This document shows, one piece after another, positions 35,401-50,130 of a stretch of DNA of 64,000 nt. Where the stretch lies: contig VJWM01000068.1 in NCBI GenBank assembly GCA_010909165.1, positions 1,488,001 through 1,552,000 on the forward strand, read 5' to 3'. This DNA is from Anthoceros angustus. Lineage: Eukaryota > Plantae > Anthocerotophyta. The position numbers were made by a program, and so were the translations under genes. The notes under the pieces are model-generated. The model worked only from the letters and a program-made list of their open reading frames with translations, ran no database searches and was not told the origin of the DNA. Position 1 is the first letter of the stretch. Every line of letters begins with the position of its first letter.

Positions 35401-38400
35401 GGCGCATGGAAGCTAACCTCACCATCCCTCCCTTCACAATTGTCGAGCACGGATCCTCTATGTGAGAGGCGCCTCACGAACCGAGAAGCGGTCGCTTGCG
35501 CTTTCATCCACTAAAGTTGAGTATAAGGCCACAGCGGGGCGCATGGAAGGAGTTAGAGTGGGAAGGCAACTTTTGGAATGAATCCACTTACCTCAAAGTG
35601 CTCCCACTAAGCTTCTATGTGAAAGCATGTAGGCTATTGCCTTTTTCCAATCCTTGGTTTCATGCAAGAACCAAGCACATTGAGCTAAACCACCATTATA
35701 TCCATGGCGTCCTGAAAGGGGCATTGTGAAAGTGGAATACATGATCTTGATGAGAATTTAATATTTGTACAAAGGGCGCAAGCCAAAACATTTCAAGCAT
35801 ATGGCTGCCCTTGGGCTCGGGTGTTCTCTGCCCTCAGTCGAGTTGATATCTACCTTGTTGTCGGCGGCGGGCACATGATTCTTATTGCCTATAGGGCTCG
35901 GAGCTGCTCGCCTTCTTCTTGCTCAAAATGATGTATTCATGACATCGGTACTCTCAAGGATGAAGCTACACTATGAAATCTAGGCGTGAGAGGTATGTCG
36001 GACATATGGGTCATGTTTTAGGAGGTCATATCTTTTTCTTTTCTTTTGTGATTTCTTGGTTGGGTTGTAGCTGAAGGTTCTAGTCATTTTCGCTTTCTTT
36101 TGTGAGGATTTTGGTTTGTTTTGTTTCTAGCTTCGTTCTTTGGGACGTTTTTCCTCTTTGTTTTGTTTTCCTTTGTTATTTTGGGTTGGGTTGTAGTTGA
36201 AGGTTCGGTCTCTTTTCGGATAATTTTGAGGTTTTTGGTTGTTTTGTCTCTAGTTTCTTATTTTGGGAGGTTATCAATGCTATTTTCCAATTTTTGGGTT
36301 CGTTGTAGCTTTAGGTTCAATCTCTTTTGATTTTGTGAGCTTTTGGTTCTGTTGTTTCTAGCTTCTTTAGGTTCCAATCTCTTTTCGGATTTTCGTGAGG
36401 GCTTTTTGGTTCTCTTGTTTCTAGATTCTTTAGGTTCCAATCTCTTATCGGATTTTTGTGAGGGCTTTTTGGTTCTCTTGTTTCTAGCTTCGTTTTTTGG
36501 GAGGTTATTTCCTCTTTTGTTTATCTTTTCCTTTGTTATTTTTGGGTTGGGTTGTAGCTGAAGGTTCGAGTCTCTTTTCAGATTTTTGTGAGGGCTTTTT
36601 GGTTGTTTTGTCTTTAGCTTCTTATTTTGGGAGGTTATCATTGTTATTTTTTATTTTTGGGTTGGGTTGTAGCTAAAGGTTCCAATCTCTTTTGGATGTT
36701 TGTAGGGCTTTTTGGTTCTCTTGTTTCTAGCTTTTTTTTTGTGAGGTTATTTTGTTATTGTTTTCCTTTTGGGTTGGATTGTTGAAGGTCCAATCTCTTT
36801 TGATTTTTGAGGGCTTTTGGTTCTCTTGTATCTAGCTTCTTTAGGTTCCAATCTCTTTTGGATTTTTGTGAGGGCTTTTGGTTCTCTTGTTTCTAGTTGC
36901 TTTAAGTTCCAATCTCTTTTCGGATTTTGTGAGGGCTTTTGGTTCTCTTGTAGCTTCTTTAGGTTCCAATCTCTTTTGGATTTTTGTGAGGGCTTTTGGT
37001 TCTCTTGTTTTAGCTTCTTATTTTGGGAGGTTATCATTGTTATTTTTTATTTTTGGTTGGGTTGTAGCTGAAGGTTCCAATCGGTCTTTAGATTTTTGGT
37101 TTTTGATTGTTTTGTTTTAGCTTCTTTTTGGGAGGTTATTTTGTTGTTTTCCTTTTGGGTTGGATTGTAGGCAGAGGTTCAGTCACTTTTGGATTTTGTG
37201 AGGGCTTTTGGTTTGTTTGTTTCTAGTCTCTTTTGGGAGGTTATTTATTTTGCTTTTTCTTTTGTGATCTTTTTGGTTGTTAGTGGATATCTTCCATTGC
37301 TTATGATCATGAGATATCTCGTGTGGTCCTCGTCTAATCAAAGCAATGGGAGTAGGCAGAGACTTGGCCTCGAGAGCTTTGCAACTCTCGGTTTCGGGAC
37401 CGCCTCGGGGCGTCTCTCAACAAGTGCAAGAGCACTTGTTTTGTCCCATGTTGGATTACATTCCCACATCTTGAGCAAGCTTTCCCATAAAAACAAGGAG
37501 ATCCCTACATGTATATAGCGCCAAGTCATATCGGGTCCCCAAAGCCGACCTCCCACCACATGAGGCTCAACGTGCACCCTCACTTTTGCACATCGCAGCC
37601 AACCCGAGCTTCCCTCCATAAAGATGGGGCTCAACTAAAGTTGGGGCCCCACAATGTAAGCTTCGCACAGTGCCCCACCACCCCTCGGCCTTTTGCTCCG
37701 CTTTCTTTTGGGTTGTAGAAACCCTTCTAAATAACCTTAAGTGGGGCCCCCTGCCAACCTTGACCCTGGTGCCCCACCACCCCAGAGCAAACTACTTCTC
37801 ACTTCCATATCGGTAACCATAAATCCCCACCTCCACATGTATAGCGCCCACCTTAAGTCAAGGCCCTCGAGCGCCAACCTCATATTCACTGGTGCCCCAA
37901 CACCCCAGTCGCTCTTCTCCTTTGCTTTCCTTTTGGTTTATCACTTCCCTCAAGAAGTCGCTTCCCTCAAAGCGATGTGTCGGAATGTAATCCAACATGG
38001 GTATGCTCACACAGATGGCAATTTCAAACTATAGGAGGAGGGGCTCATGCTTTAAGAGACAGAGGAAGAGCCAAGCACGACTTCCACCCCAACTACGTAG
38101 AGATACCAAGGAGAAGAGTTAAGGGGTCCTTGTTCTTTGATGACACCAACTCAAGATCGACACCTTGTTGCGTGAAATGATCCTGCTAACAACACACAAT
38201 TGTCGATTCTGTTTTAAACTAAGCGAGACACTTGAATGTTGTAGGAGTCAAGACTCAAGCATCTCCTTTGAATAAGTCATGTTTTACCTTAGGGAGGGCT
38301 TTAGTAAGGAGGTCATTTGCGATCCCGTGAGGATGTATTCAAAACATCGACTTGGCATCTCGGATGAAATGGTAATGAATCTCGATGTCCTTAACTGCAC

Positions 38401-41400
38401 CGGGACTCATGGCGCCGCGATTGTTCGTCCCAGATTGTTATCGTGTCGGGGATCCTCTCCCAAGACTCCGATGCCCAGTGGAGCGATAACAGAAGGTTCC
38501 ACATAGCGTATAAAAATATGGTATATGGATTATATAAAATCGATTGGTTACAGGACTTTGAGCCTCCTTTGGCTTTGGCTTCTATGGATTGAGTATTTGA
38601 ACTAAGTTTTCTAGCTAGTGACCATGAGCGGCTTCATGTCATGTAGACTTCTGAGTAAGACCATATGGTGATGGTATGTGAGTCATTCTTGCACCTTCAC
38701 CAGCTCATACAGGAGGACACCTCAGCCGTATTACCGCACCACTGATATCTGGTTGAGAATGCTCACTGCTTGGGCACCACCACTGCAACAACTCACCTCC
38801 ACTTGTTGATGTCCTCACCGAGAACGAGGCACGCCATAATCACCATCCCTCCCTTTTGTCCGACCACGGATCCTCTATATGAAGGCCGCGTCCAAAAGAG
38901 CCAAGCGAGAACTTGGCTTTCATCCACTAAAGTTGAGTATAAGGAAGCAGCATGGAAGGAGTTAGAGTGGGAAAGGCAACTTTTGGAATGAATCCACCAC
39001 CTCAAAGTGCTCCCATTCTATGTGGCATGTAGGCTATTGCCCTTTTTCCAATCCTTGGTTTCATGCAGAACCAAGCACATTGAAATAAACCACCATTATA
39101 TCCATGGCGTGGCTGAAGGGCATTGTGAAAGTGGACATGATCGGTGAGAATCGTATTTGTACAAAGGGCGCAAAGCCAAAGCATTTCAAACATATGGCGT
39201 TGGGCTCGGAGTGTTCACTCGCCTCGTGTGTCAGTTGATATCTACCTTGTTGTCAGCCCAGCGGGCCTGATTCCTGCCTCGCTCTGGAGCTGCTCCGCCT
39301 TCTTTGCTCAAAATGATGTATTCATCAGCATGGTACTCTCAAAGGATGAAGCTACCTCAAAGTGCTCGAGGTTTCTGTGAAAGCATGTAGGCTATTGCCC
39401 TTTTTCCAATCCTTGGTTTCATGCAAGAACCAAGCATTGAGCTAAACCACCATTATATCCATGGCGTGGCTGAAGGTTCGGTCTCTTTTTTTTGTGAGGC
39501 ATCTTGATGAGAATCGACTAATATTTGTACAAAGGGCTTGCCAAAGCCAAAGCATTTCAAACTATAGTTGGGCTCAGTGTTCACTCGCCTCATATCGAGT
39601 TGATATCTACCTTATGGTTGTGGGCAGTGATTATTGCCATAGGGCTCGGAGCTGCTCGCCTTCTTCTTTCAAATGATGTATTCATACTCGTACTCTCAAG
39701 GATGAAACTCGCATGAAATCTAGGCGTGAGAGATATCGGATATATGGGTCATGTTTTAGGTCATATCTTTTCTTTTCTTTTGTGATTTCTTGGTTGGGTT
39801 GTAGCTGAAGGTTCTAGTCATTTTGACTTTCTTTGTGAGGATTTTGGTTTGTTTTGTTTCTAAACCACCATTCTTTGGGACGTTTTTCCTCTTTTGTTTT
39901 GTTTTCCTTTGTTATTTTGGGTTGGGTTGTAGTTGAAGGTTCGGTCTCTTTTGGATAATTTTGAGGGTTTTGGTTGTTTTGTCTCTAGTTTCTTATTTTG
40001 GGAGGTTATCAATGCTATTTTCCAATTTTGGGTTGCGTTGTAGCTTTAGGTTCCAATCTTTTTTTTGATTTTTTGGCTTTTGGTTCTCTTGTTTCTAGCT
40101 TCTTTAGGTTCAATCTCTTTTCGGATTTTTTTGAGGGCTTTTGGTTCTCTTGTTTCTAGATTCTTTAGGTTCCAATCTCTTATCGGATTTTGTGAGGCTT
40201 TTGGTTCTTGTTTCTAGCTTCTTTGGGAGGTTTTCCTCTTTTGTTTTCTTTTCCTTTATTATTTTGGGTTGGGTTGTAGTTGAAGGTTCGGTCTCTTTTG
40301 ATTTTGTGAGGCTTTTGGTTGTTTTTTTTGTTTTCCTTTATTATTTTGGGTTGGGTTGTAGTTGAAGGTTCAGTCTCTTTTCGAGATAATTTTGAGGGTT
40401 TTTGTTGTTTTGTCTCTAGTTTCTTATTTTGGGAGGTTATCAATGCTATTTTCCAATTTTGGGTTGCGTTGTAGCTTTAGGTTCCAATCTTTTTTTTGAT
40501 TTTTTGAGGCTTTTGGTTCTCTTGTTTCTAGCTTCTTTAGGTTCAATCTCTTTTCGGATTTTTTTTGAGGGCTTTTGGTTCTCTTGTTTCTAGATTCTTT
40601 AGGTTCCAATCTCTTATCGGATTTTGTGAGGCTTTTGGTTCTTGTTTCTAGCTTCTTTGGGAGGTTTTCCTCTTTTGTTTCTTTTCCTTTATTATTTTGG
40701 GTTGGGTTGTAGTTGAAGGTTCGGTCTCTTTTGATTTTGTGAGGCTTTTGGTTGTTTTTTTGTTTTCCTTTATTATTTTGGGTTGGGTTGTAGTTGAAGG
40801 TTCAGTCTCTTTTCGAGATAATTTTGAGGTTTTTGTTGTTTTGTCTCTAGTTTCTTATTTTGGGAGGTTATCAATGCTATTTTCCAATTTTGGGTTGCGT
40901 TGTAGCTTGGGTTCAATCTCTTTTTTGATTTTGTGAGGGCTTTTGGTTCTCTTGTTTCTAGCTTCTTTAGGTTCCAATCTCTTTTCGGATTTCGTGAGGG
41001 CTTTTGGTTCTCTTGTTCTAATTCTTTAGGTTCCAATCTCTTTTCGGTTGTGAGGGCTTTTGGTTCTCTTGTTTCTAATTTTTTGGGAGTTATTTCCTCT
41101 TTTGTTATCTTTTCCTTTGTTATTTTTGGTTGTTGTGGCTGAAGGTTCGAGTCTCTTTTGATTTTTGAGGGCTTTTGGTTGTTTTTGTGTTTAGCTTCTT
41201 ATTTTGGGAGGTTATCATTGTTATTTTTTATTTTGGGTTGGGTTGTAGAAGGTTCAATCTCTTTTCGGATGTTTGTGGGGGCTTTTGGTTCTCTTGTTTC
41301 GCTTTTTTTTGTGAGGTTATTTTGTTATTGTTTTCCTTTTGGGTTGGATTGTAGTTGAAGGTCCAATCTCTTTTGATTTTGTGAGGGCTTTTGGTTCTCT

Positions 41401-43339
41401 TGTATCTAGCTTCTTTAGGTTCCAATCTCTTTTGGATTTTTTGTGAGGGCTTTTGGTTCTCTTGTTTCTAGTTCTTTAAGTTCCAATCTCTTTTATTTTT
41501 TGAGGGCTTTTGGTTCTCTTGTTTTCCCTTAGGTTCCAATCTCTTTTCGGATTTTGTGAGGGCTTTTGGTTCTCTTGTTTCTAGCTTCTTATTTTGGGAG
41601 GTTATCATTGTTATTTTTTATTTTTTGGTTGGGTTGTAGAAGGTTCCAATCTCTTTAGATTTTGTGAGGTTTTTGATTGTTTTGTTTCTAGCTTCTTTTG
41701 GGAGGTTATTTTGTTATTGTTTTCCTTTTGGGTTGGATTGTGGTGAAGGTTCATCCACTTTTGGATTTTTGAGGGCCTTGACTTTTTGGTTCTAGTGTCT
41801 CTTTTGGGAGGTTATTTATTTTTTGCTTTCTTTTGTGATCTTTTGGTTGTTAGTGGATATCTTCCATTGCTTATGATCATGAGATATCTACGTGTGGTCC
41901 TACGTCTAATCAAAGCAATGGGAGTAGGCAAGACTTGGCCTCGAGAGCTTTGCAACTCTCGAGTTTCGGGACCGCCTTGGGGAGGCGTCTCTCAAAGTTA
42001 CTTGTTTTTTGGTCCCATGTTGGATTACATTCCACACATCTTTTCGAGCAAGCTTTCCCATAAAAACAAGGAGATCCCTACATGTATATAGCGCCAAGTC
42101 ATATCGGGGTCCCCAAAGCGACCTCCCACCACATGAGGCTCAACGTGCACCTCACTTTTTGCACAGCCGGCAATAACCACAGCTTCCCTCCATAAAGATA
42201 GGGCTCAACTAAAGTTGGGGCCCCACAATGCCAAGCTGCCCTGGTGCCCCACCACCTCGGCGCAAACTTTTGCTCCGCTTTCTTTTGGGTTTGTAGAAAC
42301 CCTTCTAAATAACAGCGCCTTAAGTCAAGGCCCCTCGCCAACCTTGACCCACGGTGCCCCACCCCAGAGCAAACTACTTCTCCACTTCCATATGGTGTAA
42401 CCATAAATCCCACCTCCACATGTATAGCGCCCACCTTAAGTCAAGGCCCCTCGCCAACCTCATATTCACGGTGCCCCAACACCCCAGTCGCTCTTCTCCT
42501 TTGCTTTCCTTTTGGTTTATCACTTCCCTCAAGAAGAGTGTCGCTTCCCTCAAAGCGATGTGTCGGAATGTAATCCAACATGGGTATGCTCACACACGGA
42601 ATGGCAATTCAAATAAAGGAGGGGAATCATTTACTTGAAGAACAGGAAGAGCCAAAGCACGACTTCCACCCCAACTACGTAGAGATACTAAGGAGAAGAA
42701 GTTGGGACAAGGTCCTTGTTCTTTGATGACACCAACTCAAGATCTTACACCTTGTAGAAATGATCACCGCTAACAACACAATTGTCGATTACATTTTAAA
42801 CTAAGCGACACTTGAATGTTGTGAGTCTAAGACTCAAGCATCTCCTTTGAATAAGTCATGTTTTTACCTTAGGGAGGGCTTTAGTAAGCGGTCAGTGCAT
42901 TAGATCCGTGGGGATGTATTCAAAAGATCGACTTAAAGCGCATCTCGGATGAAATGGTAATGAATCTCATGTGCATAAAATGCAGGGACTCATGGCGCCG
43001 ATTGTTGCGTCCGAGATTAGGGCGATACGTGTCAGTGTCCTCTCCCAAGACTCGATGCCAGAGTGGGCGATAACAGAAGGTTCCACATAGCGTATAAAAA
43101 TATGGTATATGGATTATATAAAATCGGTTACATAGGACTTTGAGCCTCCTTTTGGCTTTGGCTTCTATGGATTGAGTATTTGAACTAAGTTTTCTAGCTA
43201 GTGACCATGAAGCGACTTCATGTCATCGTAATGACTTCGTCCGTCGTACCATATGGTGATGGTATGTGAGTCATTCTTGCACCTTCACGAGCTCCTACCT
43301 GGGAGAGCAGCCAGAGCCTTGTGTGACCTTGGTCGAACT

Positions 43340-44500
43340 TTGAAGGATCGTCCAATGCTGACTTGGGACCAGGCGACAACAACTCGCTCATTGGTTGACA
43401 ACCTCACCGATGAAAACACGAGGCACGCATGGAAGCTAACCCCTCACCATCCCTCCCTTCACAATTGTCGCAAACCGGATCCTCTATATGAGCTGGCCCT
43501 CGAGAGAAAGCTCCGCTTTCATCCACTAAAGTTGAGTATAAGGCCACAAGCGGGCGATGGAAGGAGTTAGAGTGGGAAGGCAACTTTTGGAATGAATCCA
43601 CTTACCTCAAAGTGCTCCCACGAGGGTTCTGCATGTAGGCTGTGCCCTTTTTCCAATCCTTGGTTTCATGCAAGAACCAAGCACATTGAGCTAAACCACC
43701 ATTATATCCATGGCGTTGAAGGGGCATTGTGAAAGTGGAATACATCATGACTGAAATTAAATTTGGAAAGGGCTTGCCAAAGCCAAAGCATTTCAAGCAT
43801 ATGGCTGCCCTTGGGCTCGGGTGTTCACTCGCCCTCATGTCGAGTTGATATCTACCTTGTTGTCGTGGCGGGCTGTTGATTCTTATTGCCTCTAGGGCTC
43901 TGGAGCTGCTCGCACCTTCCACGTCGGTATCTTTGAATCGTCAATGCTCCGCACTTGGGCACCACACGCCTGCAACACTCACTCAGGCACTTGACCCGAC
44001 AACCTCAGATGAAAACACGAGGCAGGAGCTAACCCCTCACCATCCCTCCCTTCACAATTGTCCCAGCAAACGGATCCTCTATGAGGCGCCTCTGCCACCG
44101 GAAGCGAGTCGCGCTTTCATCCACTAAAGTTGAGTATAAGGCTGCGGGGCGCATGGAAGGAGTTAGAGTGGGAAAGGCAACTTTTGGAATGAATCCACTT
44201 ACCTCAAAGTGCTCCCTTCTATGTGAAAGCATGTAGGCTGTGCCCTTTTTCCAATCCTTGGTTTCATGCAAGAAGCATTGAGCTAAACCACCATTATATC
44301 CATGGCGTTGAAGGGGCATTGTGAAAGTGGAATACATCGATCTTGATGAGAATCTGTTAATATTTGTACAAAGGGCTTGCCAAAGCCAAAGCATTTCAAG
44401 CATATGGCTGCCCTTGGGCTCGGGTGTTCACTCGCCCTCATGTCGAGTTGATATCTACCTTGTTGTCGTGGCGGGCACATGATTCTTATTGCCTCTAGGG
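43340..44500. repeat. ~600-bp internal tandem duplication of the plus-strand RNase H segment
   Basis: 43600-43910 matches 44200-44500. The junction at about 43910 joins CTGCTCGC to ACCTTCCACGTCG via TCGC-type microhomology. A smaller duplication lies at 39361-39540. Confidence 0.8.
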
Positions 44501-47500
44501 CTCTGGAGCTGCTCCGCCTTCTTTGCTCAAAATGATGTATTCATCGCATGAGGTACTCTCAAAGGATGAAGCTACACTATGAAATCTAGGCGTGAGAGAT
44601 ATCGGACATATGGGTCATGTTTTAGGAGGTCATATCTTTTCTTTTCTTTTGTGATTTCTTGGTTGGGTTGTGTGTTCTAGTCATTTTAGCTTCTTTTGTG
44701 AGGATTTTTGGTTTGTTTTGTTTCTAAGCCGTTCTTTGGGACGTTTTTCCTCTTTTGTTTTGCCCTTTGTTATTTTTGGGTTGGGTTGTAGTTGAAGGTT
44801 CGGTCTCTTTTCGAGATAATTTTGAGGCTTTTTGGTTGTTTTGTCTCTAGTTTCTTATTTTGGGAGGTTATCAATGCTATTTTCCAATTTTGGGTTGCTT
44901 GTAGCTTTAGGTTCCAATCTTTTGATTTTGTGAGGGCTTTTGGTTCTCTTGTTTCTAGCTTCTTTAGGTTCCAATCTCTTTTGATTTTCGTGAGGCTTTT
45001 TGGTTCTCTTGTTTCTAGATTCTTTAGGTTCCAATCTCTTTCAGTTGTGAGGCTTTTTGGTTCTCTTGTTTCTAGCTTCGTTTTTGGGAGGTTATTTCCT
45101 CTTTTGTTTTCTTTTTTTTTTATTTTTGGTTGTTGTAGCTGAAGGTTCGGTCTCTTTTCAGATTTTGTGAGGGCTTTTGGTTGTTTTGTTTAGCTTCTTA
45201 TTTTGGGAGGTTATCATTGTTATTTTTATTTTTGGGTTGGGTTGTAGCTAGGTTCCAATCTCTTTTCGGATGTTTTTGAGGGCTTTTTTCTCTTGTTTCT
45301 AGCTTTTTTTTTGGGAGGTTATTTTTGTTATTGTTTTTATTTTGGGTTGGATTGTAGGCGAAGGTTCCAATCTCTTTTGATTTTGTGAGGGCTTTTGGTT
45401 CTCTTGTATCTAGCTTCTTTAGGTTCCAATCTCTTTTTGGATTTTTTTGTGAGGCTTTTTGGTTCTCTTGTTTCTAAATTGCTAAGTTCCAATCTCTTTT
45501 TGGATTTTGTGAGGCTTTTGGTTCTCTTGTTTCTAGCTTCTTTAGGTTCCAATCTCTTTTTGGATTTTGTGAGGGCTTTTGGTTCTCTTGTTTCTAGCTT
45601 ATTTTGGGAGGTTATCATTTATTATTTTTATTTTTGGTTGGGTTGTAGGTGAAGGTTCCAATCTCTTTTAGATTTTGTGAGGCTTTTGATTGTTTTGTTT
45701 CTAGCTTCTTTTTGGGAGGTTATTTTTGTTATTGTTTTCCTTTTGGGTTGGATTGTGGGAGTTCATCACTTTTGGATTTTTGAGGGCCTTGACCGTTTTG
45801 GTTCTAGTGTCTCTTTTTGGGAGGTTATTTATTTTTGCTTTCTTTTGTGATCTTTTGGTTGTTGTGGATATCTTCCATTGCTTATGATCATGAGATATCT
45901 CGTGTGGTCCGTCTCATCAAAGCAATGGGAGTAGGCAAGACTTGGCCTCGAGCTTTGCTCGATTTGGGGCGCCTCGAGGCGTCTCTCAAGCAAGAGCACT
46001 TGTTTTTGGTCCCATGTTGGATTACATTCCCACATCTTTTCGAGCAAGCTTTCCCATAAAAACAAGGAGATCCCTACATGTATATAGCGCCCAAGTCATA
46101 TCGGGGTCCCCAAAGCGACCTCCCACCACATGAGGCTCAGCGTGCACCTCACTTTTGCACTGTCGGCAATAACCAGAGCTTCCCTCCATAAAGATAGGGC
46201 TCAACTAAAGTTGGGGCCCCACAAAATAGCTCGCAGCCACTGGTGCCCCACCACCCTCGGCGCAAACTTTTGCTCCGCTTTCTTTTGGTTTGTAGAAACC
46301 CTTCTAAATATACCTTTAAGGTAGACCGCCAACCTTGACCCTGGTGCCCCACCACCCCAGAGCAAACTACTTCCACTTCCGAAATCCCCACCTCCACATG
46401 TATAGCGCCCACCTTAAGTCAAGGCCTCGAGCGCCAACCTCTATTCTGGTGCCCCAACAGTCGCTCTTCTCCTTTGCTTTCCTTTTGGTTTATAACTTCC
46501 CTCAAGAAGTGTCGCTTCCCTCAAAGCGATGTGTCGAATGTAATCCAACATGGGTATGCTCACAGAATGGCAATTTCAAATTTAGGAGGTGGAATTCATT
46601 TACTCTTTTGAAGAGAAGACAACGAGGAAGACCAAGCACGACTTCCACAACTAAGTGAATGGGGAGAAGAAGTTGGGACGGAAGGTCTTGTTCTTTGATG
46701 ACACCAACTCAAGATCTTACTCTTGTTGCGTGATGATCACCACCTAACAACCACACAATACGGTTGTTTTAAACTAAGCGGACACTTGGTTTGTAGGAGT
46801 CTAAGACTCAAGCATCTCCTTTGAATAATCATGTTTTACCTTAGGGGCTTTAGTAAGCGGTCAGCTCACATCCGAGGGATGTATTCAAAGATAGATCGAC
46901 TTAAAGCGCATCTCGGATGAAATGGTAATGAATCTCGATGTCCAAATGCCCGGGACTCATGGCGCCGATTGTTGCGTCACAGATTAGGTATGCGATGTCG
47001 GGTCCTCTAAGATCCGATGCCCAGTGGAGCGATAACAGAATTCCATACGTATAAAAATATGGTATATGGATTATATAAAATGATTGAATAGGACTTGGCC
47101 CTCCTTTGGCTTTGGCTTCTATGGATTGAGTATTTGAACTAAGTTTTTGGTAGTGACCATGAAGGCGGCTTCATGTCATGTAACCGTCCGGAAAACCTAT
47201 GGTGATGGTATGTAGTCATTCCCATCCAGGCTCATACCTGAGGGCATGACACCGCCCACAACTTTGTGTGTCGCACCTTGTCGATCTTTTGAAACCGATC
47301 ATCAATGCTCTGGGAGGTGCACCTCACACTAGGTCCAGAGACAACCGGAGAAACACGAGGCGCATGAGCTAACCCCTCACCATCTCTTAGAATTGTCGAC
47401 CAGGTCTCTATGAGGCGGCGCCTGAAAGAGCAAGAGCGGTCGCTTAGCTTCATCCACTAAAGTTGTATAAAATCTGCAGACGCATGGAAGTTGGATTGGG

Positions 47501-50130
47501 AAGGCAACTTTTGGAATGAATCCACTTACCTCAAAGTGCTCACTAGGTTCTGTGAGCTTGATAGGCTAAATTTTTTCAATCCTTGGTTTCATGCAAGAAC
47601 CAAGCACATTGAGCTAAACCACCATTATATCCGCGTAAGCACAAGGGCATTGTGAAAGTGGAATACATTAGTCGTGAGAAATAATATTTTTTACAAAGGG
47701 CTGCAAAGCCAAAGCATTTCAAGCATATGGCTGCCCGGGCTCGAATTCACTCTTGCCTCGCCCAGTTGATATCTACCTTGTTGTCGTGGCGCCTATTCTT
47801 GTGCCTCTAGGGCTCCGGAGCTGCTCGCCTTCTGCTCAAAATGATGTATTCCCACATCGGTACTCTCAAGGATGAAGCTGGAAATCTAGGCGTGAAAACT
47901 CGGACATATGGGTCATGTTTTAGGAGGTCATATCTTTTCTTTTCTTTTGTGATTTCTTGGTTGGGTTGTAGGCCAAGGTTCTAGTTTTCGCTTTCTTTTG
48001 TGAGGATTTTTGGTTTGTTTTGTTTCTAGTTTCTTTTTGGGACGTTTTTCCTCTTTTATTTTTGTTTTCCTTTGTTATTTTTGGGTTGGGTTGTAGTTGA
48101 AGGTTCGGTCTCTTTTGAGATAATTTTGAGGTTTTTGGTTGTTTTGTCTCTAGTTTCTTATTTTGGGAGGTTATCATTGTTATTTTTTATTTTGGGTTGC
48201 GTTGTAGCTTTAGGTTCAATCTCTTTTGATTTTGTGAGGGCTTTTGGTTCTCTTGTTTCTAATGGCAATCTCTTTTCTTTTCTTTTGGTTCTCTTGTTTC
48301 TAGATTCTTTAGGTTCAATCTCTTTTCAGTTTTGTGAGGCTTTTGGTTCTCTTGTTTCTAACCGTTTTGGGAGGTTATTCCTCTTTTGTTTATCTTTTCC
48401 TTTGTTATTTTTGGGTTGGGTTGTAGTGAAGGTTCGGTCTCTTTTGATTTTTGTGAGGCTTTTGGTTGTTTTGTCTTTAGCTTCTTATTTTGGGAGGTTA
48501 TCATTGTTATTTTTTATTTTGGGTTGGGTTGTAGCTAAAGGTTCCAATCTCTTTTTGATGTTTGTGAGGGCTTTTGGTTCTCTTGTTTCGCTTTTTTTTG
48601 TGAGGTTATTTTTGTTATTGTTTTCCTTTTGGGTTGGATTGTAGTGAAGGTTCCAATCTCTTTTGATTTTTGAGGGCTTTTGGTTCTCTTGTTTCTAGCT
48701 TCTTTAGGTTCCAATCTCTTTTTGGATTTTTGTGAGGGCTTTTGGTTCTCTTGTTTCATTGCTTTAAGTTCCAATCTCTTTTATTTTTGTGAGGGCTTTT
48801 GGTTCTCTTGTTTCTAGCTTCTTTAGGTTCCAATCTCTTTTATTTTTGTGAGGCTTTTGGTTCTCTTGTTTCTAGCTTCTTATTTTGGGAGGTTATCATT
48901 GTTATTTTTTATTTTTGGTTGGGTTGCGTTGTAGCTTTAGGTTCAATCTCTTTTGATTTTTGTGAGGGCTTTTGGTTCTCTTGTTTCTAGCTTCTTTAGG
49001 TTCCAATCTCTTTCTTTTGTGAGGCTTTTGGTTCTCTTGTTTCTAGATTCTTTAGGTTCCAATCTCTTTTATTTTTGTGAGGGCTTTTGGTTCTCTTGTT
49101 TCTAACCGTTTTGGGAGGTTATTTATCTTTTGTTTATCTTTTCCTTTGTTATTTTTGGGTTGGGTTGTAGCGGTTGAGTCTCTTTTGATTTTGTGAGGGC
49201 TTTTGGTTTGTTTTGTGTTTTAGCTTCTTATTTTGGGAGGTTATCATTGTTATTTTTTATTTTGGGTTGGGTTGTAGCTAAAGGTTCCAATCTCTTTTCG
49301 GATGTTTGAGGGCTTTTGGTTCTCTTGTTTTTTTTTTTTTGTGAGGTTATTTTTGTTTTGTTTTTCCTTTTGGGTTGGATTGTAGTTGAAGGTTCCAATC
49401 TCTTTTGATTTTTGAGGGCTTTTGGTTCTCTTGTATCTAGCTTCTTTAGGTTCCAATCTCTTTTTGGATTTTTGTGAGGGGGTTCTCTTGTTTCTAGCTT
49501 TAAGTTCCAATCTCTTTTGATTTTGTGAGGGCTTTTGGTTCTCTTGTTTCTAGCTTCTTTAGGTTCAATCTCTTTTCGGATTTTTGAGGGCTTTTGGTTC
49601 TCTTGTTTCTAGCTTCTTATTTTGGGAGGTTATCATTGTTATTTTTTATTTTTGGTTGGGTTGTATTTGAAGGTTCCAATCGGTCTTTAGATTTTGTGAG
49701 GTTTTTGATTGTTTTGTTTCTAGCTTCTTTTTGGGAGGTTATTTTTGTTATTGTTTTCCTTTTGGGTTGGGTTGTATGAAGGTTCGGTCTCTTTTTGGAT
49801 TTTTGAGGGCCTTGACCGTTTTTGGTTCTAGTGTCTCTTTTTGGGAGGTTATTTATTTTGCTTTTCTTTTGTGATCTTTTGGTTGTTAGTGGATATCTTC
49901 CATTGCTTATGATCATGAGATATCTACGTGTGGTCCTCGTCTAATCAAAGCAATGGGAGTAGGCAAGACTTGGCCTCGAGGCTTTGCAACTCTCGAGGTT
50001 CGACCGCCTCGGGAGGCGTCTCTCAACAAGTGCAGAGCACTTGTTTTTTAGTCCATGTTGGATTACATTCACACATCTTTTCGAGCAAGCTTTCCCATAA
50101 AAACAAGGAGATCCCTACATGTATATAGCG